This document shows, piece by piece, positions 63,896-64,000 of a stretch of 64,000 nt of DNA. The notes beneath the pieces were generated by a model. The model had not been told where the DNA came from. It ran no database searches and worked only from the letters and a program-made list of their open reading frames with translations. The position numbers and the translations under genes are program-made. Positions within the stretch are counted from its first letter, which is position 1. Every line of letters begins with the position of its first letter. This DNA comes from Haliotis rufescens (lineage: Eukaryota), in assembly GCF_023055435.1 (NCBI RefSeq), contig NW_025963891.1, positions 2,914,001-2,978,000 on the forward strand. Reading direction: 5' to 3'.

Positions 63896-64000
63896 TACGA
63901 GATGACAGTCTCTTTCAATTAGTTATTTTCATCTTTACGTCAAGCATACCCTGTGTCTTTGCATTAGTTGTGCATTAAATTATCGAGGTACTTGAGAACA

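Larger units (their letters stand above)
58005..64000. repeat. Tandem segmental unit, copy 3 (start duplicated at 58005-58215; split by insertions; runs off the window)
   Basis: 58240-59178, 62384-63041 and 63896-64000 are colinear with 44020-45705. Confidence 0.85.

Overview
Eukaryotic, repeat-dense genomic DNA, probably from a mollusc (inferred from the SINE and transposon types), with an N gap at 1430-1565. It holds one intact protein-coding gene: an 8-exon SLC5A7/CHT1-like sodium:solute symporter (+, 27947-33858, 543 aa, all introns GT-AG). Two of the tryptophans that bind choline in human CHT1 are replaced in this protein. The rest is nested mobile DNA: (1) two related LINEs with (TTCA)n tails, each inserted in a different minisatellite; (2) an 8.5-kb CACTA-type element that splits a decayed YqaJ gene of a THAP/YqaJ (ISL2EU-like) transposon; (3) Tc1, IS630/Tc1, MULE, Ginger, R4-clade, Penelope-like and Crypton-like elements; (4) four SINE families sharing one 3' tail; (5) several minisatellites. 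From about 44 kb to the end, an unexplained unit of about 6 kb is repeated three times, with copy-specific insertions. No clearly novel multi-gene system is proven. The best leads are the minisatellite-homing LINEs, the remodelled transporter pocket, the satellite arrays carried by transposons, and the triplicated unit. All family assignments come from motif recognition, without database searches.
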